Positions 7,421 to 18,522 are shown, counted from the stretch's first letter. The stretch is 21,682 nucleotides of DNA from Kutzneria sp. 744 (GCF_000568255.1 NZ_KK037166.1:3426739-3448420), one strand, 5' to 3'. The notes: generated from the letters alone by a model not told the origin. Translations and numbers: made by a program.

Positions 7421-7879
7421 ATGCGTTCCGTGACGTTCGCCGGACTGCACCACCTCAAGCTGCCCGTCGGCGACCTCGCGGCCAGTGTCGAGTGGTACCA
7501 ACGGGTTCTGCTCGCCACCGTGTTCCCCGAAGCCGACCATCACACGCCGGCCGGCGTGCTGTCCGCCCGGATGCTGCGCCTACCTGGCGTCGACACGTTG
7601 ATCGAGCTGCGGCACTCCCCAACGACGGCACGGGCCGTACGGGACTACGACCCGATCACCCTTGCCGTGACAGGACTTTCCGAGCTCACCGCCTGGGTCG
7701 AGCACCTCGACCGCCTCGACGTGCGGCACTCCCCCGTGCTGCGCAGCATGATCGGCCACCTCGTCGTCGTGCCCGACCCGGACGGCGTGGCCATCCGCCT
7801 GCACACCTTGCCGTCACCCGAGCTGCGCCTCGATCCCACCCGGGCCGACTTCGACTCCCCATGGCTCACGCTTCCGTGA
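7421..7879 (+). CDS. VOC-family protein (glyoxalase/bleomycin-resistance/dioxygenase fold).
   Basis: AGGAGG at 7409-7414 is followed by ATG 7421 at 6-nt spacing. The ATG at 7415 abuts the SD and is less likely. 'FAGLHHLKLPVGDLAASVEWYQRVLLA' is a typical VOC beta-alpha-beta-beta-beta start. Stop TGA 7877-7879. Confidence 0.7.
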   Translation: MRSVTFAGLHHLKLPVGDLAASVEWYQRVLLATVFPEADHHTPAGVLSARMLRLPGVDTLIELRHSPTTARAVRDYDPITLAVTGLSELTAWVEHLDRLDVRHSPVLRSMIGHLVVVPDPDGVAIRLHTLPSPELRLDPTRADFDSPWLTLP

Positions 7880-8717
7880 CGCCGAACCAGGACGGCACCA
7901 GCTGCGCCAGCCGTTCCGGAGCGGTCATGAGGCGGATCTTCTCGATGCGGCCATCCTCGACAGTGAACGCCATCAGCACGAATGGGCGGCCGTCCGTGGT
8001 GATCAGGACGCCCGGAATGCCGTCGACCAGGGCCGGGTGACCCTGTGCGTTCGGGACGGCGCCGACGCTGGCCCGGTTGGCCACGTTCTGCGCCCCGCGG
8101 AAAACCGCCGGGCCGGCGTGCAGCTCGACCTCCGGCGCGAGGACGGCGAGGAGTCCGGCGACGTCACCTTTCCCCGATGCCGCAAGGAAAGCGTCGATCA
8201 CGCCGCGAGCCGCCGCGTGGCTGTCCGCCGTCGGCGCGCCGAGCCGGATCCGGCCCCTGGCCCGGCTGGCCAGCATCTTCGTCGCCGCCGTGCTCCGGCC
8301 GAGGATCGCCGCGATCGCGTCGAAGGGCATCTCGAACACGTCGTGCAGCACGAACGACACCCGCTCGGCCGGCGTCAGCGCGTCCATCACCACGAACAGG
8401 GCGAGGCCCACCGAGTCCGCCAGCACCGCCTCGGTCTCCGGGTCGAAGTCGCCCGGCATCGTCCACAGCTCCGGCTCCAGCGGCTGTTCGGGACGGCTTC
8501 CCCGGCGCCGCAGGACGTCCAGGCAGATCCGGCCCGTCACCGTCGTCAGCCAGCCCCGCAGTTCGTCGATTCCCTCGCCGCCCGCGCGGGCCAGCCTCAG
8601 CCACGCCTCCTGCACCGCGTCGTCCGCGTCCGCATGCGACCCCAGCACCCGGTTCGCCATCGCGTGCAGATACGCCCGGTGGCTCTCGAACGCCCCCGCC
8701 AGCTCGTCCTCGGTCAC
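7866..8717 (-). CDS. ECF (group IV) RNA-polymerase sigma factor with a C-terminal SnoaL-like extension (ECF41/ECF56 type).
   Basis: GTG at 8717 is preceded by GGGGAAGAG. Sigma-2 'ELAGAFESHRAYLHAMANRVLGSHADADDAVQEAWLRLAR'. Sigma-4 'LTPAERVSFVLHDVFEMPFDAIAAILGRSTAATKMLASRAR'. Then a ~100-aa extension ('GDVAGLLAVLAPEVELHAGP...'). The upstream 42 codons of the long ORF are rejected as non-coding. Confidence 0.8.
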   Translation of the reverse strand: MTEDELAGAFESHRAYLHAMANRVLGSHADADDAVQEAWLRLARAGGEGIDELRGWLTTVTGRICLDVLRRRGSRPEQPLEPELWTMPGDFDPETEAVLADSVGLALFVVMDALTPAERVSFVLHDVFEMPFDAIAAILGRSTAATKMLASRARGRIRLGAPTADSHAAARGVIDAFLAASGKGDVAGLLAVLAPEVELHAGPAVFRGAQNVANRASVGAVPNAQGHPALVDGIPGVLITTDGRPFVLMAFTVEDGRIEKIRLMTAPERLAQLVPSWFGVTEA

Positions 8718-8782
8718 ACTCTTCCCCTCGCGCCCGGCCGTCCCGTCCCCACCACGACGCACCGCGCCCCCGAGAGGTAACA

Positions 8783-8809
8783 CGTTACCTATCGCCGTTC
8801 CCCCACGTC
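8783..8809 (+). promoter_or_regulatory. Candidate ECF41-type promoter for the CMD gene: CGTTACC - 16 nt - CGTC.
   Basis: The published ECF41 target motif is TGTCACA-N16-CGTC upstream of adjacent COE genes. Here a 4/7 -35-like heptamer is followed by an exact 16-nt spacer and CGTC (8806-8809), ~35 nt before the GGGAGG SD. It overlaps the inverted repeat GGTAAC-ac-GTTACC (8776-8789). Confidence 0.3.
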
Positions 8810-8844
8810 GTGGTGCCGACAACGTCCATTCCGGGAGGAACACC

Positions 8845-9300
8845 GTGCCGTCTCGTCTTCACGACTCGTCCAGCCAGCCCGACATCACCGCCGGTATCCA
8901 GGAGCTGTTCAAGGCCGTCCACCGCGGCGGCGTGCCCCAGCAGGTGCTTGAACTCGTGCACCTGCGGGCCAGCCAGATCAACGGGTGCAGCGCCTGCACC
9001 GACGTCGGCGCCGGCAACGCCACCCGGGCCGGCGTCCCCGTCGAGAAGCTGTTCACCCTCGCCGCCTGGTACGAGGACCCCCGCTTCGACGACGCCGAGC
9101 GGGCCGCCCTCGCCCTCACCGAGGCCATGACCCGCCTCGCCGACCACCCCCGCGCCGTCACCGACGACATCTGGGCCGACGCCGCCAAGCACTACACCGA
9201 GGCCCAGCTCGCCTCCCTGGTGCTCATGGTCTCCCTGACCAACTTCTTCAACCGCATCAACACCACCTTCCGCGTGGAAGCCGGCGTGCGCTGGGGCTGA
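8845..9300 (+). CDS. Carboxymuconolactone decarboxylase (AhpD-like) family protein, 151 aa.
   Basis: GGGAGG at 8833-8838, then GTG 8845. 'LVHLRASQINGCSACTDVGAGNATRAGVPVEKLFTLAAWYE...' is the CMD/AhpD core with a CxxC motif. Only this C-terminal part of the long 8077-9300 ORF is protein-like. Stop TGA 9298-9300. Confidence 0.8.
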   Translation: MPSRLHDSSSQPDITAGIQELFKAVHRGGVPQQVLELVHLRASQINGCSACTDVGAGNATRAGVPVEKLFTLAAWYEDPRFDDAERAALALTEAMTRLADHPRAVTDDIWADAAKHYTEAQLASLVLMVSLTNFFNRINTTFRVEAGVRWG

Positions 9301-9309
9301 GTGCTGCGA

Positions 9310-9350
9310 CCGGTGGGGGGCGCTCCGGAGCGCCCCCCACCGGCGTTTAT
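9310..9350 (+). terminator. Intrinsic terminator: perfect 16-bp GC-rich inverted repeat (CGGTGGGGGGCGCTCC/GGAGCGCCCCCCACCG) followed by GCGTTTAT.
   Basis: Exact palindrome starting 10 nt after the CMD stop codon, with a T-tract on the + strand. Confidence 0.6.
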
Positions 9351-9390
9351 CGAGTGCTGGCAGCCGTCGGCGCCGCATAGCATCACCGGC

Positions 9391-9690
9391 GTGATCGAAC
9401 TCGCCCAGTTCGCCGCGGCCGTGCGCGCATGCGGGCCGCGGTGGGAACAATCTGGAATCCGCTGGCAGTTCACCTTCGGCCCCGTGCGCGAGAAGTCCGC
9501 CGCTCAGGTCGACTGTCAGAGAGGCACCCTGCTCGGCGAGCTCATCGTGTGGGACACCGGCGAGGCCGAACTCGCCGTCGCGGATGTGACGACCGACGTC
9601 ATCGACCGGGTCCACCACGACCTGGCGAACGCGCAGGAACTCGTTGCCTGCCTGGACGATCTCACCGCCCGGCTCTTGCAACAGAGCTGA
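9391..9690 (+). CDS. Hypothetical protein, 99 aa. No recognisable family.
   Basis: High-GC3 open frame (GVIELAQFAAAVRACGPRWEQSGIRWQFTFGPVREKSAAQVDCQRGTLLGELIVWDTGEAELAVADVTTDVIDRVHHDLANAQELVACLDDLTARLLQQS). The GTG at 9391 is the first plausible start beyond the terminator hairpin. TAGCAT (9376-9381) lies 9 nt upstream, so the transcript may be leaderless. Stop TGA 9688-9690. Confidence 0.4.
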   Translation: MIELAQFAAAVRACGPRWEQSGIRWQFTFGPVREKSAAQVDCQRGTLLGELIVWDTGEAELAVADVTTDVIDRVHHDLANAQELVACLDDLTARLLQQS

Positions 9691-9806
9691 GCAAGACTTC
9701 GGTTTGGCAGGGACCCGCGGGGATCTTCGGTCGGGAGTAGCGAGCGCCGGCGATCCTCCGCCGGCGAAGAGCAGAGGCTGCCCGGCGCCGATGACCGTTG
9801 ACGAGA

Positions 9807-9881
9807 GGGAATCGGCGACCGCCCAAGGCCAGTGATCCCCCACAAACGGGAACCGGCGACCGCTCAAGGCACCTGATCCCC
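9807..9881. repeat. Two imperfect ~34-bp direct repeats (GGGAA[T/C]CGGCGACCGC[C/T]CAAGGC...TGATCCCC) with 41-bp periodicity. A third partial copy (GGGGAATCGGGGG) lies at 9929-9941.
   Basis: Direct comparison of 9807-9840 and 9848-9881 (~85% identity). Located in the convergent intergenic region between the 9391-9690 ORF and the FGGY kinase gene. Confidence 0.5.
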
Positions 9882-9944
9882 GACAAGCAGAACCTGCGAC
9901 AGCCCAGACCCAACGACCCCCACTGCGAGGGGAATCGGGGGCTC

Positions 9945-11396
9945 CTAGGGCCGGTGCGCCTCGGTGAGGGACTGCACCGTGGACAGGTAGCGGGCGTAGA
10001 GGTCGTCGAAGCGTTGGGGGTCAACGGGAGTGAACCGCCGGGCGACGCGGACGGTGGCGGCGAGGGCGGTGGGGAGGTCGGGCCAGGCGGCGATGCCGAG
10101 GCCGGCGAGGAGGGCGGCGCCGAGGGCGCCGGACTCGGTGGTGTCGGTGATCTCGATGTCCACGTCGAGGGCGTCGGCGAAGAGCTGGGGCCAGACGGAG
10201 CTGCGGGAGCCGCCGCCGGAGAGGCGGGCGGACGGGGCGGTGGGGAAAGCGGAGCGGAGGGCCTCGACGTGGGTGCGGTGGTTGCAGACGACGCCCTCGT
10301 ACAGGGCGCGAAGCAGGTGGCCGCGGGAATGCCAACCGCGCATGCCGAGGAAGGAGGCCGAGGCGGCGGGGCCGTGAGGGGAGCCGTAGAGGAAGGGATG
10401 GAAGACGACGTCCGAAGGATCACCGGACACGGCAAGGATTTCGGCGTCGATCTGGTCGTGCGGGATGGGGCCGGTGACGGTGCGCAGGAGCCAGTCGAGG
10501 TTGGTGGCGGACGCGGGTGAGGTGGACATGTTGAGCCAGTGGCCGGGCGTCAGGAATCCTCGTGCCTGCCAACGGGGATCGACGGCCACGGAGTCGGAGA
10601 TGACCTGGTTGATGCTGAAAGTGCCGGCCATCAGGGAAAGCTGACCGGCGTGGAGGACGCCGTCGCCGATGGCGGCGCCGTCGACGTCGTGGGCGCCGAC
10701 GACAACGGGGGTGCCGACGGCGAGGCCGGTGCGCTCGGCGGCGTCCGAAGTGACAGTGCCGGCAATGTCGGAACAGCCGCGGATCGGGGGTAGCTTGTCA
10801 CGCAAAGCGCTGAGACCCAACAACTCCAGGGCACGGTCGCTGTACTCGCCGGTCTGCACGTCGCAGAACGAAGCGCAGGCCTCGGTGCGGTCGGTGGCGA
10901 TCTCACCGGTCAAGCGGAGCCGGAGCCAGTCCTTGCAGAACAAAAGCCAACGGGCCGATTCCATCACAGTCGGCTCGTGCCGCAACAAGTGTGCGGACAG
11001 GGCGGCGGGAGATCCCGCGAACGGCACCAAGCCGGTCAACGCCAACAGCTCGTCGAACAACGGGCGCCAACCGTCAACCTCGAAAGAAGCACGGGAATCC
11101 ATGGCGGTGATGCCGGCCCGCACCGGACGTCCGGCGGCGTCGACGAGGTAGAGGCCGTCGTTGTGGCCGACGATGCCGACGGCCAGGATCGGACCGGGAG
11201 CGTCCACAGTGCACTGTCGGATCGCGTCGGCGGCGGCCGCCCACACGTCGTCCATGTCCCGCTCCACCCAGTGCGGACGCGGATTCACTGTGGGACAACG
11301 GGTCGAGCCCGAAGCGACCGGACGGCCGGCGAGGTCGAACAGGACGGCCTTGGTCGCGGTCTGGCCGGCGTCGACGCCGAGGAGGAGGCCGGTCAC
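9945..11396 (-). CDS. FGGY-family carbohydrate kinase (xylulokinase/ribulokinase-like), 483 aa.
   Basis: GTG at 11396 overlaps the TGA of the upstream gene (GTGA). N-terminal 'VTGLLLGVDAGQTATKAVLFD' is the FGGY phosphate-1 motif. '...LMAGTFSINQV...' and the C-terminal '...LSGGGSRSSVWPQLFADALDVDIE' are FGGY motifs. Stop TAG 9947-9945. Confidence 0.85.
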   Translation of the reverse strand: MTGLLLGVDAGQTATKAVLFDLAGRPVASGSTRCPTVNPRPHWVERDMDDVWAAAADAIRQCTVDAPGPILAVGIVGHNDGLYLVDAAGRPVRAGITAMDSRASFEVDGWRPLFDELLALTGLVPFAGSPAALSAHLLRHEPTVMESARWLLFCKDWLRLRLTGEIATDRTEACASFCDVQTGEYSDRALELLGLSALRDKLPPIRGCSDIAGTVTSDAAERTGLAVGTPVVVGAHDVDGAAIGDGVLHAGQLSLMAGTFSINQVISDSVAVDPRWQARGFLTPGHWLNMSTSPASATNLDWLLRTVTGPIPHDQIDAEILAVSGDPSDVVFHPFLYGSPHGPAASASFLGMRGWHSRGHLLRALYEGVVCNHRTHVEALRSAFPTAPSARLSGGGSRSSVWPQLFADALDVDIEITDTTESGALGAALLAGLGIAAWPDLPTALAATVRVARRFTPVDPQRFDDLYARYLSTVQSLTEAHRP

Positions 11397-12385
11397 AGCG
11401 AAGCGATCCGTTCGGCGACAAGCCGCACCGAGGTGCGGGTGGCGTCGAGGGTGTCGCCGGCGTAGTGCGGAGTCAGGGTGACGTTGTCGAGCTTGCGCCA
11501 CGGCGAATCTACCGGCAACGGCTCGTCGTCGTACACATCGAGCGCCGCGCCGGCGATGCGGCCGTCGGCCAGCACCTGGTACAGGTCGTCGTAGTTGACC
11601 AATCGGCTGCGGCCCACGTTGACGAAGTACGCGGTGGGTTTCATCAGCCCGAGCAGCTCGGCGCCGATGAACCGCTCGTTCTCGGGCGTGACGCGGGCCT
11701 GGAGGCTGAGGAAGTCCGACTCGGCGAAGAGCTCCGGCAGCTCGACGCGAGAAGCCCCGAACTCCGCCAGTTCCTCGTCGTAGACGAAGGGATCGTGCAC
11801 GAGCAGCCGTGGCCCGAAGCCCCGGAGCTTGCCCGCCAGCTGCCGGCCCACGTAGCCGAAGCCGACGAGGCCGACGGTCGACGAGCCGATTTCCCTTCCG
11901 GGCGAAGGGAATTCCTTGCGCCAGCCACCGGCCTTGATCGACGCGTCGGCCCGGGCGATGTCCCTGGCCTCGGACAGCATCAGACCGATGGTCAGCTCCG
12001 CGACGGCGCTGGCGTTGCGTCCGGCCACGCCGAACACCTCGATGCCCCGCTCGCGAGCCGCCTCTTGGTCCACGTTTTCCAGGCCAGCACGGGCAACCAC
12101 AACGGCCTTCAGGTGAGGCGCCGCGTCCAGGACCGCCTTCGACACCGGGGCGTAGTGCACGGCCAGCACCTCCGCGTCCCCCACCGCCTCGATGATCTCC
12201 GTCGGCGCCGGTACGGCGGCCGGGCCCTCCCACTCCATCCGCTGCTGGGCCGCGTGCTGCGCTGCCTTGTCGCCGGTCCACGCGACCGCCGTGATCGGCC
12301 CGAAGTCGGGGCCGCACACCTGTCGCAGCGCCGTGACGTAGTGCTCGGCAGGAATGAAGTGGTCACCTACCACCACTGTGCGCAA
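11393..12385 (-). CDS. D-isomer-specific 2-hydroxyacid dehydrogenase family protein (NAD-binding; glycerate/hydroxypyruvate/phosphoglycerate-dehydrogenase-like).
   Basis: TTG start at 12385 with AGGAGG 6 nt upstream. 'GLVGFGYVGRQLAGKL' is the GxGxxG NAD fold. The catalytic region '...YFVNVGRSRLVNYDDLYQVLADGRIAGAALDVYDDEPLP...LTPHYAGDT' is typical of the family. Confidence 0.85.
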   Translation of the reverse strand: MRTVVVGDHFIPAEHYVTALRQVCGPDFGPITAVAWTGDKAAQHAAQQRMEWEGPAAVPAPTEIIEAVGDAEVLAVHYAPVSKAVLDAAPHLKAVVVARAGLENVDQEAARERGIEVFGVAGRNASAVAELTIGLMLSEARDIARADASIKAGGWRKEFPSPGREIGSSTVGLVGFGYVGRQLAGKLRGFGPRLLVHDPFVYDEELAEFGASRVELPELFAESDFLSLQARVTPENERFIGAELLGLMKPTAYFVNVGRSRLVNYDDLYQVLADGRIAGAALDVYDDEPLPVDSPWRKLDNVTLTPHYAGDTLDATRTSVRLVAERIASL

Positions 12386-12397
12386 CGAAGTCCTCCT

Positions 12398-13288
12398 TCA
12401 CTCCACTCGCCGGCCGCCGTCGATGTTCTGGTGGACGCGTACCGCGGCCCGGTCCGCCGGCGTCACGGCCGGGGCATGGGTGCCGACATGGCGAACGGCC
12501 GCGGCGGCGTAGGCCAGGGCCTCGGTCAGGCCGCCGGCCAGGAAGCCGGCCAACAGGGCGTCGCCGGCGCCGACGGTGTTGCGTGGGCGATCGACAACGG
12601 CCTCGCCATGACGAGCCCCGGTGCCGTCGACCAGGACGGCGCCGTCGCCACCGAGGCTGACCAACACCGCCTGCGGGCCCTTGGACCGGAGGGCCCGAGC
12701 CGCTGAGACCACGTCGGCAAGCGTTTGCGGCCGCTGGCCCACCAACTCCGCCAGCTCGTCCAGGTTGGGCTTGATCAGCCAGGGCCGAGCGCCGATGACG
12801 GCCTTCAACGCCAGGCCCGAGGTGTCGACGGCGACCGGCCCGTCCGACCGCTCGACCAGCTCGGCGTAGAAGTCGGCGGGCAGGCCCGGCGGCAGACTGC
12901 CGCTCGCGGCGATCACGGAGCCGCCCGCGGCCAGGGTCATCGACAACAGCCGCCGCCGGTCCTCCGAGGACAGTGCCGGCCCGGGCTCGTTCACCTTGGT
13001 CACGGTGCCGTCCGGCTCCAGCAGGCTGACGTTGGTGCGCACCGCGCCGCCGATCCGCGCCACGTCGCACGGCACGCCGGCCGCCCGCAGCAGCTCCAAG
13101 AGCTGGTCGTCCGCCGGCAAGACCGCCTTGGCGGCGTGACCGTTCACCAGGAGCGCCTTCGCGACGTTCACGCCCTTCCCGCTCGCCTCCACCACCGGCG
13201 CCGCCGCGCGCAGCACCTCGCCGCGTACAAGCGCCGGGACCGCGAGGGTCCGGTCGATGGCCGGGTTGGGCGTGAGGGTGACGATCAC
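12398..13288 (-). CDS. PfkB/ribokinase-family sugar(-phosphate) kinase (1-phosphofructokinase / tagatose-6-phosphate-kinase-like), 296 aa.
   Basis: GTG at 13288 is preceded by AAGGGTGA. N-terminal 'IVTLTPNPAIDRTL' and C-terminal 'NTVGAGDALLAGFLAG' are PfkB signatures. Stop TGA 12400-12398. Starts 4 nt after the upstream gene. Confidence 0.8.
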   Translation of the reverse strand: MIVTLTPNPAIDRTLAVPALVRGEVLRAAAPVVEASGKGVNVAKALLVNGHAAKAVLPADDQLLELLRAAGVPCDVARIGGAVRTNVSLLEPDGTVTKVNEPGPALSSEDRRRLLSMTLAAGGSVIAASGSLPPGLPADFYAELVERSDGPVAVDTSGLALKAVIGARPWLIKPNLDELAELVGQRPQTLADVVSAARALRSKGPQAVLVSLGGDGAVLVDGTGARHGEAVVDRPRNTVGAGDALLAGFLAGGLTEALAYAAAAVRHVGTHAPAVTPADRAAVRVHQNIDGGRRVE

Positions 13289-13292
13289 AAGG

Positions 13293-16242
<2,950 letters not shown>

Positions 16243-16327
16243 GGCGGTGCTCCCCCTGCGGCGGCTGGCGCGAGTCACGCTACCCACAAGGGAAACCCAT
16301 CAGACTCGGAAAGATGTTGAAGGCGGC

Positions 16328-17773
16328 TTAGAGGACGCTGGGAACTTCCTGCCTGGTCAGGGCCCGATCAGCGGCAGTGCCGGCCACCGTGGCCGGGAGC
16401 GTGACCCGCAACCACGCGCCGTGTTCGTTCGGCTTCACGCCGGCGTGACCGCCGTGCGCGGCGGCGATCGCGGCGACGATGCTCAGGCCCAGTCCGCTGC
16501 CGTCGGCCAGCGCCCCGACGGCCCGGCTGCGCGAGGCGTCGCCGCGGAAGAACCGCTCGAACACCTTGTCCCGCTGTTCGGCCGAGATGCCCGGGCCCTC
16601 GTCCACGACGTCGATCACCTCGTGCTCGCCGTCACGGCTGATCCGCACCTCGGCCGGCGTGCCGGGCGGGGTGTGCGCCCGCACGTTGGCCAGCAGGTTG
16701 GCCAGCAGCTGGTGCAGGCGGGCCCGATCGCCCAGCACGACGTGGTCGCCGTCGTCGGCGACCAGCCGCACGGTCCGGGCGCAGTCGGCCGCCCGCGCGT
16801 CGCCGACGGCGGTCTCGGCCAGCGCCACCAGGTCGACCGGGCTGGACTCCAGCGGCCGGCCCTGGTCCAGCCGGGCCAGCAGCAGCAGCTCGTCGACCAG
16901 GGCGGCCATGCGCTTGGCCTCGTCCTCCACCCGCCGCATCGCGTCGGCCAGCGCCTCCGGGTCGTTCAGCGCGCCGTGCCGGACCAGCTGGGCGTAGCCG
17001 GTGATCGAGGTCAGCGGCGTGCGCAGCTCGTGGCTGGCGTCGGCGACGAACTGCCGCAGCCCGTCCTCGGCGGCCTGCCGTGACGTGAACGAGTGCTCAA
17101 GGCGGCCCAGCATCTGGTTCAGGGAGTTGCCCAGCCGGGCCACCTCGGTCGGCGAGCCGTCCACCTGCACACGGTGCGACATCTCACCGTCGGCAATGAG
17201 CTCGGCGGTGTCGGTCATCCGGTCCAGCGGACGCATGACGAAGCGGCTCACCCGCAGCGCCAAGACGGCGGCGAGGGCCAGCGCCAGCGCCGTCACCACG
17301 GCCTCGATGGCCACGAGCTGGTAGATCGTGGCCGCGGACAGCCGCAGCGACTGCGAGACCATCAGGTGCCGACCCTCGGGCAGCTCGCCGACCACGATCC
17401 GGAAGTCGTCGCCGCCGCTCACCGTGACCGGCGAGTGCTGGGTCTGGAGCGAGGTCAGCGTGGTCAGGGGCGGGATGGGCAGCCCGTTGGCCGCGCCGTA
17501 CTGGTGCAGGACCTTGCCGTCGGCGCCCAGCACGGTGATCGCGCACAGGTCGTCGTTGGACTGGCCCATCTGCACCGAACCGTCCGGCCGGACCTTGTGC
17601 AGGGTCGACGACAACGCGTCGGCCACCTGGGTGTCGGTGCGCTTGAGCAGGTAGCTGCTCAGCGCGAACACGCCCACGACATCGGCCGTGAGCAGGCCGG
17701 CCGCGGTCACCGCGACCACCCCGACCAGCAGCCGGGACCGCAGCGACCGCAGGCGCAGCCAGCGCAGCAGCAT
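16328..17773 (-). CDS. Sensor histidine kinase (two TM segments, extracytoplasmic sensor, HAMP, HisKA, HATPase_c).
   Basis: ATG at 17773, 2 nt after the regulator stop. H-box 'FVADASHELRTPLTSITGYAQL'. N/G boxes '...LLANLLANVRAHTPPGT...VVDEGPGISAEQRDKVFERFFRGD...GSGLGLSIVAAIAAAHGG'. Stop TAA 16330-16328. Confidence 0.9.
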   Translation of the reverse strand: MLLRWLRLRSLRSRLLVGVVAVTAAGLLTADVVGVFALSSYLLKRTDTQVADALSSTLHKVRPDGSVQMGQSNDDLCAITVLGADGKVLHQYGAANGLPIPPLTTLTSLQTQHSPVTVSGGDDFRIVVGELPEGRHLMVSQSLRLSAATIYQLVAIEAVVTALALALAAVLALRVSRFVMRPLDRMTDTAELIADGEMSHRVQVDGSPTEVARLGNSLNQMLGRLEHSFTSRQAAEDGLRQFVADASHELRTPLTSITGYAQLVRHGALNDPEALADAMRRVEDEAKRMAALVDELLLLARLDQGRPLESSPVDLVALAETAVGDARAADCARTVRLVADDGDHVVLGDRARLHQLLANLLANVRAHTPPGTPAEVRISRDGEHEVIDVVDEGPGISAEQRDKVFERFFRGDASRSRAVGALADGSGLGLSIVAAIAAAHGGHAGVKPNEHGAWLRVTLPATVAGTAADRALTRQEVPSVL

Positions 17774-17775
17774 GG

Positions 17776-18492
17776 TCACCGACCACCGGCGGGCACGGTG
17801 GATGCCCGCAGCAGGTAGCCCACGCCGCGCACGGTGTGGATCAGCGGATTGTCCTGGTCGTCGAGCTTGCGGCGCAGGTAGTAGACGTAGGTCTCGACGA
17901 TGCTGGAATCGCCCTGGAAGTCGTAGTTCCACACCTGGTCGAGGATCTGCGCGCGGGACAGCACCCGGCCCGCGTTGGTCATCAGGTAGCGCAGCAGCTG
18001 GAACTCGGTGGCCGACAGCCGCACCAGCTCGCCGGCCCGCCACACCTCGTGCGTGTCCTGATCCAGCTCCACGTGCCCGACCCGCAGCCGGTTGCTCGGC
18101 GCCCGCTCCGTGCGGCCGCGCTTGAGCAGCACGTTCACCCGCGCCACCAGCTCGTCCAGGTCGAACGGCTTGGTCACGTAGTCGTCGCCGCCCAGGGTCA
18201 GGCCGTGCACCTTGTCCTCGCTGGCGTCCCGCGCGGTCAGGAACAGCACCGGCGCGTCGATGCCGGCCTCCCGCAGCCGCGTGCACACGCCGAAGCCGTC
18301 CAGGTCGGGCAGCATCACGTCGAGCACGATCACGTCCGGTCTGGTGGCCACCGCCTGCTCCAGCGCCTGCCGGCCGTTGGTCGCCGAGACCACGTCGAAG
18401 CCGACGAACTTCAGCGCCGTGGTCAGCAGGTTGACGATGTTGTGCTCGTCGTCGACGACCAGGATGCGGTGCTGGGCTGGTGGGGTGGACAC
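17776..18492 (-). CDS. OmpR/PhoB-family response regulator (receiver domain plus winged-helix DNA-binding domain), 238 aa.
   Basis: GTG at 18492 ('STPPAQHRILVVDDEHNIVNLL...'). Receiver Asp pocket 'VIVLDVMLPDLDG'. '...LTARDASEDKV...DDYVTKPFDLDEL'. C-terminal '...LTATEFQLLRYLMTNAGRVLSRAQILDQVWNYDFQGDSSIVETYVYYLRRKL'. Confidence 0.9.
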   Translation of the reverse strand: MSTPPAQHRILVVDDEHNIVNLLTTALKFVGFDVVSATNGRQALEQAVATRPDVIVLDVMLPDLDGFGVCTRLREAGIDAPVLFLTARDASEDKVHGLTLGGDDYVTKPFDLDELVARVNVLLKRGRTERAPSNRLRVGHVELDQDTHEVWRAGELVRLSATEFQLLRYLMTNAGRVLSRAQILDQVWNYDFQGDSSIVETYVYYLRRKLDDQDNPLIHTVRGVGYLLRASTVPAGGR

Positions 18493-18522
18493 CCCACCAT
18501 TGAAGCAGGAGTGGCCGACAGC

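Noticed and set aside
8718-8843. N-terminal 42-codon extension of the sigma-factor ORF (MFLPEWTLSAPRRGG...).
   Set aside because: Gly/Arg-rich with no sigma-factor similarity. The internal GTG at 8717 has a purine-rich SD and begins exactly at region 2. The extension would also cover the divergent promoter.
8045-9300. 361- and 407-aa plus-strand ORFs spanning the ECF sigma gene region.
   Set aside because: The first ~750 nt translate to Pro/Arg/Ser/Ala-rich nonsense antisense to the sigma factor. Only the last 151 codons (from GTG 8845 with a GGGAGG SD) look like a real protein (the CMD family).
9807-9945. Possibility that the direct repeats are a CRISPR array.
   Set aside because: Only two full copies with ~15% divergence and a 7-bp spacer. 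The period is 41 bp. There are no cas genes or leader. This is not a CRISPR.
9945-12317. 790-aa minus-strand ORF reading through two genes.
   Set aside because: An artefact of an open upstream frame. The real FGGY kinase starts at GTG 11396, overlapping the dehydrogenase stop. Upstream translation is Arg/Gly-rich junk in a different gene's antisense or offset frame.
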